From IMG/VR virus record IMGVR_UViG_2747842453_000002, positions 56,763 to 120,762 of that record: a DNA stretch of 64,000 nucleotides; one strand, 5' to 3'. How positions within the stretch are numbered: the first letter of the stretch is position 1; every line of letters starts with the position of its first letter. The notes beneath the pieces are model-generated. The model did no database searches and was not told where the DNA came from. It saw only the letters and a program-made list of their open reading frames with translations. This DNA is from a virus (lineage: Duplodnaviria; Caudoviricetes). This document shows positions 1 to 8,937 of this stretch, piece after piece. A program made the translations under genes and the position numbers.

Positions 1-2
1 AA

Positions 3-239
3 GAACATACAGTACGTGATATGTATGAACGTAATAAAAAGTTGATTGATCTTACTGCGCAGCCACAAGATTTAAAGATAAAGTTTATTGAAACTATCGC
101 TGATCGCAGTATTCCTAAGAACAAAGCAGGTGTTGGCGTAAACTTTCTTCGCTGGTGCGGCGAATGGGACTTACAAAATCTAGCAAAAGCACCAGATGAA
201 ATGGCTGCTATCTTAAATAAAGGTTATCCACATGCTTAG
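3..239 (+). CDS. rnh: C-terminal part of phage RNase H / 5'-3' exonuclease (truncated by window start)
   Basis: Frame open from position 3 (EHTVRDMYERNKKLIDLTAQP); the YERNxxLIDL motif resembles the C-terminus of T4-type RNase H. Confidence 0.65.
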   Translation, partial: EHTVRDMYERNKKLIDLTAQPQDLKIKFIETIADRSIPKNKAGVGVNFLRWCGEWDLQNLAKAPDEMAAILNKGYPHA

Positions 240-948
240 ATTCATCTTTGATGTAGATGGCACACTAACTCCAAGTAGATGTGCTATTGATCCAAAGTTT
301 TTAAGATTTATGTTGAGATTTGTAAAAGACAATTCTGTATACTTAGCAACAGGAAGTGATGCGCCAAAGACTATTGAGCAAATAGGAAAAGAATTATTTA
401 ATTCTGTAACACGTTCTTATAACTGTAATGGTAATTCTGTATGGGAGAAAGGTGTAAATATACATAATAATCCATGGAAGATAAAAGTACCAGCACATCA
501 AACATTACGATACTGGTTAGAAAATACAAAATTTCCACATCTTACCGGCACTCATATTGAAGAACGCCCGGGCATGGTTAACTTCTCAATTGTGGGACGG
601 GGTGCTAATACTGAACAACGTGCAGAGTATGTAAAGTGGGACAAAGAATATAATGAACGTGAAAACATGGCATTGTATATTAATTACAACAATGATGAAT
701 TTAAAGATGTAACTGCCACGGTAGGTGGAGAGACTGGTATTGATATAGGTCCCACGGGCTCTGATAAGAGCCAGATACTTACAGACTTCAATAAAAATGA
801 TACAATTGTATTCTTTGGAGATGGCATCTTTGATGGCGGAAATGATTACACACTAGCACAGACAATTAAGAAAAAAGGTGTAGGTAGAACCCACAAAGTA
901 TCCAAGTGGGAAGAAACATATGAGATTTTAAAGAATGTATACAGTTGA
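232..948 (+). CDS. HAD-IIB superfamily hydrolase, eukaryote-type phosphomannomutase-like
   Basis: FDVDGTLT motif I, IEERPGMVNFSIVGR, GGETGIDI and FFGDxxxxGGND, all typical of PMM/Sec53-like HAD enzymes. Confidence 0.8.
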   Translation: MLRFIFDVDGTLTPSRCAIDPKFLRFMLRFVKDNSVYLATGSDAPKTIEQIGKELFNSVTRSYNCNGNSVWEKGVNIHNNPWKIKVPAHQTLRYWLENTKFPHLTGTHIEERPGMVNFSIVGRGANTEQRAEYVKWDKEYNERENMALYINYNNDEFKDVTATVGGETGIDIGPTGSDKSQILTDFNKNDTIVFFGDGIFDGGNDYTLAQTIKKKGVGRTHKVSKWEETYEILKNVYS

Positions 949-1441
949 AATAGTAACAGATAAATTTTGGATAATTGAAGATACTGGAATAAAACTTGGT
1001 ATTATAAGAAAAGTAAAATCGGGTGACTATGAAATAATTATGCAAGATACAAATGATATTGAAATCTTGTCATTCAATAATCTTGTCAAAAAATTTGGAA
1101 GTAAAATTCTAGAATCTCGCCAAGTTAAAAAAATTGAAAGTGTAGGCAAAGACAGTGGATATTCAATTGATGAAGTTGAAGGGTATCCATGTAAACATCG
1201 TGCATTCAATATAGAAACGATAGAATTAAAAGGTAAACAAATTCCAACATATACAAAGAGTATCACAAGTAAAGTACGTTATGCAGCAGGATACTATGGA
1301 GTAAGATTTCCAAGTGATTGGAGATGGTTTTATGGTGGCAAACTTGATACATTAAATTCATGTAACTTTATAGGACCATATAAAACAAAATCTGAAATGC
1401 AAACAGAGACACTTATGGCAAATAAACGGGAAGTAGTATAA
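935..1441 (+). CDS. hypothetical phage protein
   Basis: 168-aa ORF overlapping the upstream gene, operon-like packing. Confidence 0.7.
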   Translation: MYTVEIVTDKFWIIEDTGIKLGIIRKVKSGDYEIIMQDTNDIEILSFNNLVKKFGSKILESRQVKKIESVGKDSGYSIDEVEGYPCKHRAFNIETIELKGKQIPTYTKSITSKVRYAAGYYGVRFPSDWRWFYGGKLDTLNSCNFIGPYKTKSEMQTETLMANKREVV

Positions 1442-1443
1442 AT

Positions 1444-1632
1444 ATGTCGTATACACAAATAAAAAGTTTTCTTATTTCGGTTAATAAATCTGCAGTTAGA
1501 AAAGATCCATATATTCGTATAAGTATGGAAGATGCAGTTAAATTACAAACAGAATTATCTCTACTTCTTATGGAATTAAAAGATACAAACACAACACCAA
1601 AAACAGTCACATTTGACGGGGGAAAATTTTAA
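1444..1632 (+). CDS. hypothetical protein
   Basis: 62-aa ORF, tightly packed, preceded by TATAAATA at 1437. Confidence 0.6.
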   Translation: MSYTQIKSFLISVNKSAVRKDPYIRISMEDAVKLQTELSLLLMELKDTNTTPKTVTFDGGKF

Positions 1633-1934
1633 TGCCAGATTTTAACGCAGTTATGATTATAGGACACTTTGTTGTTTCTATATTTCAAATTCCACTAGGA
1701 CAACCACTATATCAATTTATGCCATTTCCAAGTATGGATAGATGCCAAGAATATGTACAATATGCAGTAACACAACCAGCAGGATTCACTATGGATCTAG
1801 AATATAAAATGTATAAGACAGCACAATGTGTTACAAAAGAAGAATTTCAAAGACAAATGGAATTGTATAATAAACAAAATGTAGCACCATCAACTCCAGA
1901 ATTACCAGAAGAAAATAAGGATGGATGGAAATAA
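1632..1934 (+). CDS. hypothetical protein with hydrophobic N-terminus
   Basis: 100-aa ORF, TAATG stop/start overlap. Confidence 0.6.
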   Translation: MPDFNAVMIIGHFVVSIFQIPLGQPLYQFMPFPSMDRCQEYVQYAVTQPAGFTMDLEYKMYKTAQCVTKEEFQRQMELYNKQNVAPSTPELPEENKDGWK

Positions 1935-1942
1935 GATAAATA
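1935..1942 (+). promoter_or_regulatory. putative late-promoter motif GATAAATA
   Basis: Resembles the T4 late promoter TATAAATA; same octamer recurs in intergenic gaps at 3998, 25035(-), 30547(-), 47365(-), 61526(-). Confidence 0.5.
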
Positions 1943-1971
1943 TACTATAATACCAATAAGGAATATAGTAT

Positions 1972-2844
1972 ATGAAATATCTAAGTAAAGCACGTGAAGT
2001 CGCAATCTTAACAATAAAATCAACTTGGATATATAAACAACTTATAAAACTTGTATCAAAACCTATGTATCTATTGCTAATTGTTGTAGTTATAGTGCTA
2101 GGTGGGTTGCACTTAAAAAACTATGTGAATTCATATATAGCAGAATTTAAAAGACTAAATGATGCAGATGTGCAGGCAGAAAAACTAAAAGCAGAAGAAG
2201 AAAAGCATTTAGATTTTGTTAAGATAGATGATTTCTTATACACATTAACTGGCAGTGTTGGTGATGGCGACTGTGACCGTATCGTTCCCAATATGCCAAT
2301 GGACTTTACTGTTATTCTAGAAAGCCCAGGTGGCAATCTAGCAGAAGGATCTTGTATTGCAGCACACTTTAAATTAAGAAATGTTGTGACAGTTGTGCGT
2401 GATACACCAGTAATGAATGAAAACGGTAAAATTATATACTCTCCAGGTAAAGTTGGAGATGAATTAGATATAGACCATCTAAAAAATAAAACAGTATGCG
2501 CAAGTGCATGTGGTCTTATGTTTTTAGGCGGAGATAGAAGATATCTTATAGGTGATGTTTGGTTCGGTATTCACGGACCAGGTACACCAGAACAATTTAT
2601 TAGTAGAATGCCTGCTAGACAAGCAGAATCTGGGGCATATCGTACTGCTAGTAATCTCTTGGGATTATTAGAAGAACTTGGGGTTGACGATCCAGAAGTT
2701 CGTAAATTGTTTATACAAATCCCAAATCAAACTATGTATTGGTTGAAACCAACTGACTTCAAAGCGAAGTCAGGACTAGTTTCTTTGGCAACAAATTATG
2801 TAAATTTTTGGGGTTTGACTACTGCAACACTTAATCCAGTATAA
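1972..2844 (+). CDS. membrane-anchored ClpP/crotonase-fold protein (possible Ser protease)
   Basis: N-terminal TM segment (YLLLIVVVIVLGGL), LESPGG, CASACGLMFLGG and GIHG motifs of ClpP/crotonase-like periplasmic proteins. Confidence 0.6.
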   Translation: MKYLSKAREVAILTIKSTWIYKQLIKLVSKPMYLLLIVVVIVLGGLHLKNYVNSYIAEFKRLNDADVQAEKLKAEEEKHLDFVKIDDFLYTLTGSVGDGDCDRIVPNMPMDFTVILESPGGNLAEGSCIAAHFKLRNVVTVVRDTPVMNENGKIIYSPGKVGDELDIDHLKNKTVCASACGLMFLGGDRRYLIGDVWFGIHGPGTPEQFISRMPARQAESGAYRTASNLLGLLEELGVDDPEVRKLFIQIPNQTMYWLKPTDFKAKSGLVSLATNYVNFWGLTTATLNPV

Positions 2845-2875
2845 GGATAAGGTTGCCAAATAGGAGGACTACAAA

Positions 2876-3913
2876 ATGCTAAAGAGTTTCTTTTGGACTC
2901 CATCGCAATTTCTATATGCTTGGCTAATGCTTGCTTGGCTGTTATTCATTGGATGGTATAATGTTCAAATTCTAGTTTATTATAACGCATGGAACCGAGA
3001 GTTTTATGATGCTATACAAACACTACAAGAGGCAAGATTTTGGGAACTATTCTGGAGTTTTAATCCAGTTAGACTATGGGAGTTTATCACGTTCAGTATG
3101 GACGAAACAACCACTGTTCCTAGTTTCTTAGAAATACTTCTTATCTATGTACCAATGGCAACGTATGCCACATGGCAAACACAACGATTTACATTCCGTT
3201 GGAGAGAAGCAAATACACATTACTATCTAAAGCGGTGGGAATCTTCTACAGCAAAGATTGAAGGTGGTTCACAGCGTATTCAAGAGGATCTAATGATCTT
3301 TGGTAAAACCCTACAATCACTATTCACTGGTTTTGTCAATAAGATTTTCATTCTTGCTGCATTCTTACCTGTATTATGGACATTAAGTGAAGGTCTACCC
3401 GTTTGGAATGGTCAAATTATTCCTGGCTTTCTAGTTTGGGCTGCACTTATAATGAGTATAGGTGGAACACTATTATCATTCTTGCTAGGTATTAAACTTC
3501 CAGGTTTGGAATATAAAAACCAAGTAGTAGAAGCAAAGTTTCGTAAAAAACTTGTTCATAGTGAAGATGATTTTAAAGAACGATTATCAGAAGACTTGTT
3601 CCCAATGTTTGCATCCATCAAACGTAACTACTATCGCCTATTCAACTACTATATGGGCTTTGGTATATGGCAAACTGGATTTTCATTACTAGCAGGTAAT
3701 GTTGCTATTGTAATATTAGCACCAAGTTATTTTGCACAGTTGATTACATTTGGTGTTCTTATTCAGGTGCTAAATGCATTTGGCAGAGTAGAAGGTGCAC
3801 TAACATTCTTTATCGATAGATGGACAACGATTGTTGATTTCCAATCTGTAATTAAACGATTAAGAGAGTTTAATAAAGTTCTTGATGAAGCAGATAATAA
3901 CGCTACGTCCTAA
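2876..3913 (+). CDS. sbmA: SbmA/BacA family peptide transporter
   Basis: IEGGSQRIQEDL and GIKLPGLEYKNQVVEAKFRKKLVHSEDD closely match SbmA/BacA signatures; multiple TM helices; GGAGG RBS. Confidence 0.9.
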   Translation: MLKSFFWTPSQFLYAWLMLAWLLFIGWYNVQILVYYNAWNREFYDAIQTLQEARFWELFWSFNPVRLWEFITFSMDETTTVPSFLEILLIYVPMATYATWQTQRFTFRWREANTHYYLKRWESSTAKIEGGSQRIQEDLMIFGKTLQSLFTGFVNKIFILAAFLPVLWTLSEGLPVWNGQIIPGFLVWAALIMSIGGTLLSFLLGIKLPGLEYKNQVVEAKFRKKLVHSEDDFKERLSEDLFPMFASIKRNYYRLFNYYMGFGIWQTGFSLLAGNVAIVILAPSYFAQLITFGVLIQVLNAFGRVEGALTFFIDRWTTIVDFQSVIKRLREFNKVLDEADNNATS

Positions 3914-3938
3914 TAGCACAGTGTCAATATATCACATT

Positions 3939-3966
3939 AAAAAGCGTCTAAATTGGACGCTTTTTT
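3939..3966 (+). terminator. intrinsic terminator
   Basis: AAAAAGCGTCT-AAATT-GGACGCTTTTTT hairpin with U-tract after sbmA. Confidence 0.8.
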
Positions 3967-4032
3967 ACATTATATCGGTACATAATTGTTAAATTTAGAT
4001 AAATATGTTTAACAATCAAGGAATAAAATAAT

Positions 4033-4323
4033 ATGGCTAGACCTAAACCAAATATAATACTAGAGTACACTAATGCAAAGACGTATAGAAGTGAACAAGT
4101 ACTACAGGCAGATGCAATATTTGCAGTATTCTATAAAGGAAAAGCAATAAATTTACGAAGCCTTAATAGTCTTGTAAATTTTCCTGGTCCTAAATATAAA
4201 AAAGTATCATTTTCTAATTCTGGACACGCATTCAATCTAGCAGAGAAACTAAATGATTTGTTCAAATGTGATGATTTTGAAGTTTTTAAATTGTCAGAAG
4301 GAGAAAAGTTATATCCAAAATAA
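4033..4323 (+). CDS. hypothetical phage protein
   Basis: 96-aa ORF, AGGA RBS, GATAAATA motif at 3998. Confidence 0.75.
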   Translation: MARPKPNIILEYTNAKTYRSEQVLQADAIFAVFYKGKAINLRSLNSLVNFPGPKYKKVSFSNSGHAFNLAEKLNDLFKCDDFEVFKLSEGEKLYPK

Positions 4324-4333
4324 CTTATATAAA

Positions 4334-4699
4334 ATGACAAAAAATGAACTAATAGAATATTTGAATAAAAATACATCTGGTAAAAAAGCAGGAAGAAAAG
4401 AATTTAGAATTAATGATATTTTTATTAGTTCATCAAATCAAACCCAAAACTTTAGACTCACTGGTCTCGGCAAAGGTACAATGTCTAAATACTTTCAAAA
4501 ATATGAATTAATTTTATATTCATCGTCTAAACTAGAGACAGGATCACAAATAATAGAGTTAGATAAGTATATGAAAACGCCATACTATCTTAAAAATGGC
4601 AAACTTACTATTTTTGAAGAAACTCTTGCAGCAGAATTTGTGCTATTAAGCTGCGATTTTGATCTATGGATACAAAACAAAAAATTTGCACAATTATAA
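4334..4699 (+). CDS. hypothetical protein (likely start 4334)
   Basis: ORF 4253..4699; ATG at 4334 follows the stop of the upstream gene. Confidence 0.65.
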   Translation: MTKNELIEYLNKNTSGKKAGRKEFRINDIFISSSNQTQNFRLTGLGKGTMSKYFQKYELILYSSSKLETGSQIIELDKYMKTPYYLKNGKLTIFEETLAAEFVLLSCDFDLWIQNKKFAQL

Positions 4700-4718
4700 A
4701 TTTCATGTAAAATAACTC

Positions 4719-4747
4719 TTGACTTCCATAACGAATCACTCTATATA
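4719..4747 (+). promoter_or_regulatory. sigma70-type promoter with GANTC (CGAATCA) box in spacer
   Basis: TTGACT-N7-CGAATC-N4-TATATA, 17-bp spacer. Confidence 0.75.
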
Positions 4748-4778
4748 TAATGTATAAGTTGGTCAAAAGGATAAGAAC

Positions 4779-5018
4779 ATGTCTACCGGTATTAATAACT
4801 TTATGAACGCAATATATAACGCTATTGGCACAGAGGTTAGTGGTTATTATAAAAATACTCCTTTTCTTGGCAAAATTATCTCTACACGTACAAAGTACGG
4901 CAATGATATCCAAGTGACTGTAGAGGATGATGATGGTCGCTGGTTTCTTATTGATGCAACCGAACTTCTAAATGGTGATACTAGTGTCTATACCAATCTT
5001 CATGTTTATTTAAAATAA
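4779..5018 (+). CDS. small hypothetical early protein
   Basis: 79-aa ORF with AAGGA RBS downstream of promoter. Confidence 0.7.
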   Translation: MSTGINNFMNAIYNAIGTEVSGYYKNTPFLGKIISTRTKYGNDIQVTVEDDDGRWFLIDATELLNGDTSVYTNLHVYLK

Positions 5019-5031
5019 TTCAAGAAAGTTG

Positions 5032-5060
5032 TTGACAATAGAAACGAATCGCTATATAAA
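5032..5060 (+). promoter_or_regulatory. sigma70-type promoter with GANTC (CGAATCG) box in spacer
   Basis: TTGACA-N7-CGAATC-N4-TATAAA, 17-bp spacer. Confidence 0.8.
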
Positions 5061-5091
5061 GAATACATAGACAGTAATAAAGGGATATGAT

Positions 5092-5400
5092 ATGTTTGTT
5101 GTCAAAACACAAATTCTGGAAAATTATGGTGCACATTCAGCCGATGGCAAATTTTCAAATGGCAATGCTTACTGGAAAATGAAGGGCGGCAATGAATATA
5201 TTGTGAACGATGTAGAACGTCCACAAGATGCTATGGCATTTATTGCTGCAAAATATATGGTAAATGATCTGTATTGCAAAGAATTTCCGTTAGAAGCAAT
5301 TACATGGAAAGAATGGCAGAACGAGTTAATGGATGTGGACGAAGGTTATCGTGCTTTTCTAGTAGAAAATGCAATTCCAGTATCACCTCTCCAGTCTTAA
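5092..5400 (+). CDS. hypothetical phage protein
   Basis: 102-aa ORF (TQILENYGAH...YWKMKGG), AAGGGA RBS. Confidence 0.75.
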   Translation: MFVVKTQILENYGAHSADGKFSNGNAYWKMKGGNEYIVNDVERPQDAMAFIAAKYMVNDLYCKEFPLEAITWKEWQNELMDVDEGYRAFLVENAIPVSPLQS

Positions 5401-5407
5401 AAAGTTC

Positions 5408-5436
5408 TTGACAGTGTAATCCAACTACGCTATACT
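5408..5436 (+). promoter_or_regulatory. sigma70-type promoter
   Basis: TTGACA-N17-TATACT; lacks the CGAATC box. Confidence 0.7.
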
Positions 5437-5452
5437 ATAATAGTAATAAACA

Positions 5453-5659
5453 ATGAAAGAGAATCAAATGAACGTAAATTTTACAAAAATAACTGATATC
5501 GAATTTGAAGGTATCGATATGGCAGACTATCCTAAGTTCTGTGATGCGTATATTGAATCTGCTGTTATCGATGGCGTTGAAGCTACCGAAAAACAACTTG
5601 ACGTAATCAACGCAGACTATTCGTTTGTCTACGAAAAACTACAAGAGTGGTTATACTAA
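5453..5659 (+). CDS. small hypothetical phage protein
   Basis: 68-aa ORF (GIDMADYPKFCDAYI) after its own promoter. Confidence 0.7.
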   Translation: MKENQMNVNFTKITDIEFEGIDMADYPKFCDAYIESAVIDGVEATEKQLDVINADYSFVYEKLQEWLY

Positions 5660-5663
5660 AAAC

Positions 5664-5692
5664 TTGACAAATATTTCGAATCACGCTATAGT
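5664..5692 (+). promoter_or_regulatory. sigma70-type promoter with GANTC (CGAATCA) box in spacer
   Basis: TTGACA-N7-CGAATC-N4-TATAGT, 17-bp spacer. Confidence 0.8.
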
Positions 5693-5720
5693 ATATAAGT
5701 AATCAAAAAAGGAATACAAT

Positions 5721-6851
5721 ATGTCTGCAACTGTTTCAACACATGATATGGATGTTCGTCTAGTTCGCCCAAGCGATATTCGTGAAGAAGTTAACTATGC
5801 AATGAATCGTAAGCGCCCTGTCTTTATTTGGGGACCTCCTGGTATTGGCAAATCTGAAATTGTAAGTTCTATTACGCAAGAACGCTCAGGCTATATGATT
5901 GATATGCGTCTTGCACTTATGGAGCCCACTGATTTGCGTGGTATTCCTGTTCCAAATATTGAGACTGGGCTTATGGAATGGTTGCCACCTGCTGATCTCC
6001 CTACTCAAGAACTTGCTGACCAATTTGATTGTGTTGTTTTATTCTTAGACGAAATGAACCAAGCACCGCAATCAGTACAGGCTGCAGCATATCAATTAAT
6101 TCTTAATCGCCGCTTAGGGAATTATCATCTTCCCGACAATGTTCTTATTGTTGCTGCTGGTAATCGGGAGAGCGACCGTGGTGTTGCGTATCGTATGCCT
6201 AGCGCACTTGCCAATCGCTTTGTTCACTTAGAAATGACTACAGATTTCGAAGATTGGCAAGTTTGGGCATTACTTAACAATATGAATCCAGAAGTTATAG
6301 GCTATGTTACTGCTAATAAAATGGATCTAATGAACTTTGATCCTCGTACTGCTTCACGTGCATTTGCTACTCCTCGTTCATGGACTTTTGTTTCACAAAT
6401 GCTTCCACAACCTGGCGAAGAAATTAGCACAAGCCGATTGCATGATTTGATTGCTGGCACAGTAGGTGATGGCATTGCTACTAAGTTTATGGCTCACCGT
6501 GCACTAACAGGTAAACTTCCTAATCCAACTGATATCTTAAATGGAACAGTTACCACACTTTCACCTGAAGCGCGTGAAATCTCTGCTATGTTCTCACTAA
6601 CTGCATCGCTATGCTACGAACTTAAAGATTTTCTAGACCGCAATGGTAAAGAAAAAATGGAAGAGTTATATAAAATGGCTGATAATTTTTTCAACTTTAT
6701 GATGGATAACTTTGAAACTGAAATGACTGTACTTGGTGGTCGCACCGCATTGAAAGTTTATAAACTGCCACTTGAGCCTCGCAAAGTTCCTTGCATTGAA
6801 AAGTTTTTCAAAAAATATGGCAAACTAATCATTGATGCACACAATGCTTAA
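5721..6851 (+). CDS. MoxR-like AAA+ ATPase
   Basis: Walker A GPPGIGKS, Walker B LFLDE, AAGN sensor, ALANRF arginine finger. Confidence 0.9.
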   Translation: MSATVSTHDMDVRLVRPSDIREEVNYAMNRKRPVFIWGPPGIGKSEIVSSITQERSGYMIDMRLALMEPTDLRGIPVPNIETGLMEWLPPADLPTQELADQFDCVVLFLDEMNQAPQSVQAAAYQLILNRRLGNYHLPDNVLIVAAGNRESDRGVAYRMPSALANRFVHLEMTTDFEDWQVWALLNNMNPEVIGYVTANKMDLMNFDPRTASRAFATPRSWTFVSQMLPQPGEEISTSRLHDLIAGTVGDGIATKFMAHRALTGKLPNPTDILNGTVTTLSPEAREISAMFSLTASLCYELKDFLDRNGKEKMEELYKMADNFFNFMMDNFETEMTVLGGRTALKVYKLPLEPRKVPCIEKFFKKYGKLIIDAHNA

Positions 6852-6855
6852 AAAT

Positions 6856-6882
6856 AAAAAGTGATCTTCGGATCACTTTTTT
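6856..6882 (+). terminator. intrinsic terminator
   Basis: AAAAAGTGATC-TTCG-GATCACTTTTTT, UUCG tetraloop. Confidence 0.85.
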
Positions 6883-6883
6883 C

Positions 6884-6913
6884 TTGACATATTATAAATA
6901 CCTGTGATATGTT
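6884..6913 (+). promoter_or_regulatory. putative sigma70-type promoter
   Basis: TTGACA with TG-n-TATGTT 18 bp downstream; also contains TATAAATA. Confidence 0.5.
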
Positions 6914-6944
6914 ATTAAAGTAATCAGACACAAGGACGAATCAC

Positions 6945-8291
6945 ATGCGTATCGAACCAGAAAAAATTACAACTGAAGATGATTTTAATTCAGTGTTTGA
7001 TGATTTACTTAAAGAAAATGGTATTGAAGTTGACGAAAATTCAGAAGAACCAGTGGTATTTGAATACACCGACCTAGAAGTCAAAGAAATGATTGTATCT
7101 GGTCGTGTTCGTATGCTAATTAAGCATCCATTCTTCGGCACTCTTGCGACTCGTTTAAAACTAGTAGAAGCAGAATGGTGTCCAACCGCCGCGGTAGATG
7201 GTAAGCACTTCTATTATAACTCGGATTTCTTCCGTACAATGACACCAGAGGAAATTGACTTTATTGTCGGCCATGAGGTTTTTCATTGTGTGTACGACCA
7301 TTGTGGCATCGGTAGTCGCTTAATGGATTTTGCAGATAATGAACGTAATGCAAAGTTGTGGAATATTGCTGCTGATTACAAAGTCAATCAGGCAACAGTA
7401 GAAGCAAAAATTGGCACAATGCCAAAGCAAGCTCTGTATGATCGCAAGTATTACAAATCATATACTGAAGAAATCTATCGTGACCTATTAACGCAACAAG
7501 AAGATGGCAAAGATTTCAGTGATACCGATACACTTGATGAACATATGTTTGGTGATGGTGATGGTGATGGTGAAGGTAGTGGCAATGGTGAAAATGATCC
7601 TACAGGTCGTAAGGCTCCTATAAAAATTTCAAAAGAAGAAGCCAAAGAGATTAAAGACCAAATGAAACAGGCTGTATTACAGGCTGCACAAGCATCTGGT
7701 GCTGGCAATCTTCCTGGTGATGTTAAACGTATCATTCAAGATATGACTGAACCTAAGATGGACTGGCGTGAATATTTGAACTTGAGTATTCAAAGTTCAC
7801 AAAAATCTGATTTTACATGGATGCGCCAATCACGTAAATCTCGTAGTATGGGTATTTACTTACCAGGCATGGACAATGAAGTTATGGTTGATGCTGCTAT
7901 TGGTATTGATGTTTCAGGTTCTATATCCAAAGATATGATACGTAACTTCTTAGGTGAAGTCTACGGTATTATGCAGCAGTTTCAAGATTTTCGTTTAAAG
8001 ATTTGGACATTTGATACCCGAGTATACGAAGAATCTTTTAAAGAATTTACTCCTATGAACGCAGATGAAATTCATGAGTATGAAGTTATTGGTTGTGGTG
8101 GAACTGATTTTGTTTGTAATTGGGACTTTATGGAAGAAAATCAAATTGAACCTGATAAATTTATCATGTTCACTGATGGCATGCCATTTGGCAGTTGGGG
8201 TAACTCGGCATATTGTGACACTCTATTTGTTATACATGGTTCAAAAAATATTGTTCCTCCGTTTGGCGAATACACTTATTATCAAGACTAA
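6945..8291 (+). CDS. metallopeptidase-like + vWA domain protein (DUF2201-like), AAA partner
   Basis: HEVFH (HExxH), acidic Gly-rich linker, MIDAS DVSGS, GGTDF and FTDG. Confidence 0.85.
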   Translation: MRIEPEKITTEDDFNSVFDDLLKENGIEVDENSEEPVVFEYTDLEVKEMIVSGRVRMLIKHPFFGTLATRLKLVEAEWCPTAAVDGKHFYYNSDFFRTMTPEEIDFIVGHEVFHCVYDHCGIGSRLMDFADNERNAKLWNIAADYKVNQATVEAKIGTMPKQALYDRKYYKSYTEEIYRDLLTQQEDGKDFSDTDTLDEHMFGDGDGDGEGSGNGENDPTGRKAPIKISKEEAKEIKDQMKQAVLQAAQASGAGNLPGDVKRIIQDMTEPKMDWREYLNLSIQSSQKSDFTWMRQSRKSRSMGIYLPGMDNEVMVDAAIGIDVSGSISKDMIRNFLGEVYGIMQQFQDFRLKIWTFDTRVYEESFKEFTPMNADEIHEYEVIGCGGTDFVCNWDFMEENQIEPDKFIMFTDGMPFGSWGNSAYCDTLFVIHGSKNIVPPFGEYTYYQD

Positions 8292-8299
8292 ATATCATT

Positions 8300-8839
8300 A
8301 TGACAAACGATACACTGTTATTAAATACTGATGGTTCACCATTAAGTATAACACCACTTTCAACCTTATCATGGCAAGAAAGCATTAAACTAATCTGGCT
8401 AGATAAAGTTAATGTTCTTGAATGGCATGAATGGCAGGTACATTCTGTTAATCATAGTATGCATGTCCCAAGTGTTATAACAGTTAAAGAATATATGCCA
8501 TACTCTGGAACAATTAACTTTACTCGTAATAATGTTTTTATAAGAGATAAGTACATGTGCCAATATTGTTTAAAGAAATTTGTAAAATCGGATTTGACTT
8601 TAGACCATGTACTTCCAAAATCAAAAGGTGGCAAAACAAGTTGGCATAATATCGTAAGTGCATGTAAAAAATGCAATCATAGTAAAGGCAATAATCCAAA
8701 CATTGTTCCTAGAGTTATGCCAGATAAGCCGACCTTTTATAAGATGTTTGGTAGTAAAAACTTTATATTAAATATAAAACATGAAATGTGGAAAAAATAT
8801 TTAGATTGGCCAGATGAATATATTAATATGGTGGCATAA
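8300..8839 (+). CDS. HNH endonuclease (McrA-like)
   Basis: RDKYMCQYC...LTLDHVLPKSKGG...WHNIVSACKKCNHSKG. Confidence 0.9.
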   Translation: MTNDTLLLNTDGSPLSITPLSTLSWQESIKLIWLDKVNVLEWHEWQVHSVNHSMHVPSVITVKEYMPYSGTINFTRNNVFIRDKYMCQYCLKKFVKSDLTLDHVLPKSKGGKTSWHNIVSACKKCNHSKGNNPNIVPRVMPDKPTFYKMFGSKNFILNIKHEMWKKYLDWPDEYINMVA

Positions 8840-8845
8840 AACTAC

Positions 8846-8874
8846 TTGACTCTAAACTATTAATATAGTATAAT
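8846..8874 (+). promoter_or_regulatory. sigma70-type promoter
   Basis: TTGACT-N17-TATAAT. Confidence 0.75.
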
Positions 8875-8937
8875 GGTGATATGAATAAGAGTTTATTCAT
8901 ATTATATAATATAAATTGACAAAATAGGAGAAACCCA

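Noticed and set aside
7551-7592. GGTGAT tandem repeat
   Set aside because: Encodes the Gly/Asp low-complexity linker usual in this vWA-partner family; not a separate element.
8300-8839. HNH gene (and the GIY-YIG-like ORF at 23998-24270) as intron-borne or mobile homing endonucleases
   Set aside because: Both are free-standing with intact neighbours; no split host gene or intron structure is visible.
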